DNA of 47,519 nucleotides from a virus (taxonomy: Duplodnaviria; Caudoviricetes). The stretch spans positions 1-47,519 of the IMG/VR virus record IMGVR_UViG_3300011443_000020. One strand, given 5' to 3'. The notes beneath the pieces were generated by a model, which saw nothing but the letters and a program-made list of their open reading frames with translations, was not told where the DNA came from and did no database searches. Positions 44,985-47,519 of this stretch are shown here, in pieces (within the stretch, counting starts at the first letter, position 1; each line of letters begins with the position of its first letter). A program made the position numbers and the translations under genes.

Positions 44985-45247
44985 TAGCGCCAGTCCTTTC
45001 CAGTCCCGTCATACTTCGCCGCGGCCCGTTCGTAGGCTTCGTCGTAGCCCTCGCCCAGACAGGTGGTGCAGCCCACCATGTCGTACTCGGCCGGGCTGCT
45101 CAGGGTCTGCCGGCAGACTTGACGCCAGACCATCTCCTGCTCATGGCACAACTCGCCGCACTTTTCGCAGGGGTGGCGCTTGTCCGGCACGCTCTCCATC
45201 GGCTCCATGTCGGCTCCATTCCACTGTTCGGGTTCTGGGAAGCTCAC
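44984..45247 (-). CDS. Zn-ribbon protein ending AAKYDGTGKDWR
   Basis: CEKC, CTTC. Confidence 0.55.
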   Translation of the reverse strand: MSFPEPEQWNGADMEPMESVPDKRHPCEKCGELCHEQEMVWRQVCRQTLSSPAEYDMVGCTTCLGEGYDEAYERAAAKYDGTGKDWR

Positions 45248-45456
45248 CGCTGCTCCTGCTTGAGCGTGCCCAGATACACTGTGAGCATGACGTTGGCGAC
45301 GTCCTCGGCATCGTCCAGGCACAAGTGATAGCAACTGCTGGGCAGGTCATTGACCCACTCCCGCAACGCCTTGGCGGCCTTATCCCGTGCGGCGTAGTGG
45401 CCGCGCGGGATGCCGTTGGTGTCGAGCAGTAGGGTCGGCATCTGCGTGACGCTCAC
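45244..45456 (-). CDS. Hypothetical protein
   Basis: GTGA-coupled on both sides. Confidence 0.45.
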   Translation of the reverse strand: MSVTQMPTLLLDTNGIPRGHYAARDKAAKALREWVNDLPSSCYHLCLDDAEDVANVMLTVYLGTLKQEQR

Positions 45457-45600
45457 TTGCCCTCCTCGTAGGCGTGTTTGGACATCTCTTCGAGGCGCCG
45501 CCACTCGCGCAGTAACAGTTCGCACTGTGACGGCGCCAGAATGGCCGCGCGCCGTTGCACAACGGCATCGGCAATCTCGTCGTAGGCCATCTGTAACGGG

Positions 45601-45819
45601 CTACCCACGGCGCACCGCGTCCATGTCGGTCGCCTGCTGACGCCCCTTCTCGAACGCCTCCTCGAATAACCACACCAGTAACGTGTCGCGGCCGAACCGC
45701 TTGAACATCGCGGTGAAGATGTCACGCGCGAGCTTGTAGTCTTGTTCGGCGTCCCAGGTGTCCGAGACGGCGGCCTCTGCGGATTTACCACTAGCCATCG
45801 CCTGAAATGTGAGCGGCAT
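45601..45819 (-). CDS. Hypothetical protein
   Basis: AAGGA RBS before MPLTFQ. Confidence 0.4.
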   Translation of the reverse strand: MPLTFQAMASGKSAEAAVSDTWDAEQDYKLARDIFTAMFKRFGRDTLLVWLFEEAFEKGRQQATDMDAVRRG

Positions 45820-45901
45820 CACGAATCCTTTCCATCCAAACACGGGCCAATCACGAGCGCCCCGGAGGCGAACACCGCGAGGGCAATCAGGACGGCTACC
45901 G

Positions 45902-46156
45902 TCACTTCCGCGCCTCCAGCATTTGGTCGGCAATCTCATACGCGAGTCGCGCGACTTCGCTCGGTTCTGGCGCACTACTGTGAAAGACGAACGCCATGCC
46001 GTGATAGCTCTCGTTCCACCCAGCCACAACCTGCGCCGCGAAGTAATCGCGCAGGGACATGCCACATTCGCGCAACTGTAGGACACCGCCAGACTCATCG
46101 AGCGTTGGAAAGGCTGCCCCTCCATCGACGACGACCGGACCTTTTTTGTCTACCAT
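45902..46156 (-). CDS. Conserved small phage protein
   Basis: GGAAFP...GMSLRDYFAAQ...AYEIADQMLEAR. Confidence 0.75.
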   Translation of the reverse strand: MVDKKGPVVVDGGAAFPTLDESGGVLQLRECGMSLRDYFAAQVVAGWNESYHGMAFVFHSSAPEPSEVARLAYEIADQMLEARK

Positions 46157-46510
46157 CGCCCCACCTTGCCCGACCGTTCCAACCGGTTGAGCAGCGCATC
46201 GCGCTTCCGGTTGCTCTCCGTCTTCTGGTTCCACGCCATCAGCGCGAGGGTGAGGCCTGAGAGGATAATGCTCACCATCGCCAGGGTCGTCGAGCTCATC
46301 GCGTCCTCCGTCGAAGCGCCCGCGGGACGCCCCCGTACCGCTTGATCATCTCAATCTCTCCGGACCGGACCCCGAGGCTGCGGTAGTAGGCGTCGACCGC
46401 CGGATACAACCCCACCCACGGACCGGGCGGCAGCGGTGGCAGCTTGGGACGCCGGACCTGCGCTGCCAGCGGCTGTGCCAGCAGCAGCAGCCCCAGGAAC
46501 AGCCGGCGCG

Positions 46511-46642
46511 TTAGACGGACCACCACGCCACGACTCCCGCAACGCCCGCAATCGCGACGAGCGTCAGCAGGTAGACCACGACCCAGCCAGCCCGCTCGCT
46601 GTCGTCGTTCGCCTCGGCCATCTGCCGCTCGAACGCGGTCAT
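46511..46642 (-). CDS. 43-aa single-TM protein
   Basis: ATGA-coupled; hydrophobic C-terminus. Confidence 0.45.
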   Translation of the reverse strand: MTAFERQMAEANDDSERAGWVVVYLLTLVAIAGVAGVVAWWSV

Positions 46643-46788
46643 CGCGCCACCGCCACAACCTTCGGCTTCGGCGCCGCGGTGTGCCAGGACGTGCGCTTGC
46701 AGACCGGGCAAATCTTCGGGAGATTGGGCCGGCGCGGGAGCCACGAATGCCGACACCGTTTACACGTTTGCGTTGACACAGTCACCAT
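46639..46788 (-). CDS. 49-aa zinc-ribbon protein, first gene of the early operon
   Basis: CKRCRHSWLPR...PKICPVC...W. Confidence 0.65.
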   Translation of the reverse strand: MVTVSTQTCKRCRHSWLPRRPNLPKICPVCKRTSWHTAAPKPKVVAVAR

Positions 46789-46795
46789 GTGCAAG

Positions 46796-46824
46796 ACTCT
46801 ACGCCTTACGTATAGCGGTGTCAA
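46796..46824 (-). promoter_or_regulatory. Sigma70-type promoter, probably giving a leaderless mRNA
   Basis: TTGACA-17 nt-TAGAGT; 7 nt separate the -10 box from the ATG at 46788. Confidence 0.7.
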
Positions 46825-46987
46825 GCGATTTGTATTGGGTATCCCGAGTGGGATAGGGTATGCAGAAGACGAGGCTGGCCGGTGCGCTAGCTTGATCCGG
46901 GTGTCGAATCCGAATCCCCTAACCAGAGGGCTTCCACCTCTGACAGCGAGGACAGGGAGGCCTGTCTCCGCCGCTCCCAGCAAGGGG

Positions 46988-47122
46988 TTAGCGCACCGGC
47001 ACAACTTGGAAGGACGCACTACAGACGCGGCAGAACCACCACGACGTCGCGCGCCCGATGGGCTCGACGTGTGAGGCCGGGGCCGTACACCGCGGACACT
47101 CCGGCGTTACAGGCGCAGCCAT
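46988..47122 (-). CDS. 44-aa zinc-ribbon protein
   Basis: CPRC...WFCRVC. Confidence 0.45.
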   Translation of the reverse strand: MAAPVTPECPRCTAPASHVEPIGRATSWWFCRVCSASFQVVPVR

Positions 47123-47188
47123 ACCGCCACGAGCACGAGCACCGCCCACGCCGCGATGAGCACCGTCGTCACAATCGCGATCGGCCAT

Positions 47189-47461
47189 TCACGCATCCTC
47201 GGCCGCCGCCTTCGCCGCCACGTTCGTCGCCGCATTCGCTTTGATCTGCTGCGTCGAGAGTCCGCCGGCCTGATCGATGGTCGCCATCGGCACCACGCGT
47301 CCGCGCACGAGGAACGTCAAGAGCCCCGAGACGAACGCGAGCACGAGCCCCTGCTGGGCATCGGTCCACTGGATGATCTGAAACCCGAGCAGCAGGTACA
47401 TGAACTGCCGCACGAGCTCTGACAGCGTGTTCGGCTCCGACTGAATCCGCTGGCTAACCAC
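47189..47461 (-). CDS. Holin-like two-TM protein
   Basis: IQSEP...LLLGFQII.WTDAQQGLVLAFVSGLLTFLVRGRVVP; start ambiguous. Confidence 0.55.
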   Translation of the reverse strand: MVSQRIQSEPNTLSELVRQFMYLLLGFQIIQWTDAQQGLVLAFVSGLLTFLVRGRVVPMATIDQAGGLSTQQIKANAATNVAAKAAAEDA

Positions 47462-47519
47462 TGCACCACGGGCTGCTCCTATTTTGCAATCTTCCACACG
47501 ATGACGCCGGGCATCCGGC

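Noticed and set aside
46895-46925. tmRNA 5' end (GGGGATTCGGATTCGAC on minus) or tRNA T-loop (TCGAATCC on plus)
   Set aside because: No acceptor stem, CCA end, cloverleaf or tag ORF could be built
1-47519. CRISPR array, tRNA/rRNA genes, IS elements, integrase
   Set aside because: No regularly spaced repeats, cloverleafs, or transposase/recombinase motifs seen by eye

Overview
A high-GC, probably near-complete and circularly permuted tailed (podovirus-like) phage genome, encoded almost entirely on the minus strand. Right to left: small early genes, an SSB-like protein, two candidate DNA-modification enzymes, then portal, GroES and scaffold interleaved with a nonulosonic (sialic-acid-like) sugar pathway (FkbM methyltransferase, cytidylyltransferase-methyltransferase fusion, NeuB, cupin, NeuA, two glycosyltransferases). 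A short plus-strand island follows, bracketed by a host-type dif site and a host-type parS site. Then come terS/terL, capsid and tail genes, a sialyltransferase/Maf-like enzyme among the tail genes, four ejection proteins, and a lysis region with three carbohydrate-active proteins. I recognise no integrase, DNA polymerase, helicase, ParA/ParB or Xer gene. The two best candidate systems are (1) virion O-nonulosonylation, supported by a strong Ser-Thr dipeptide enrichment confined to external virion proteins, and (2) maintenance by borrowing host ParB and XerCD through parS and dif. All family calls come from motif recognition by eye; no searches were run.
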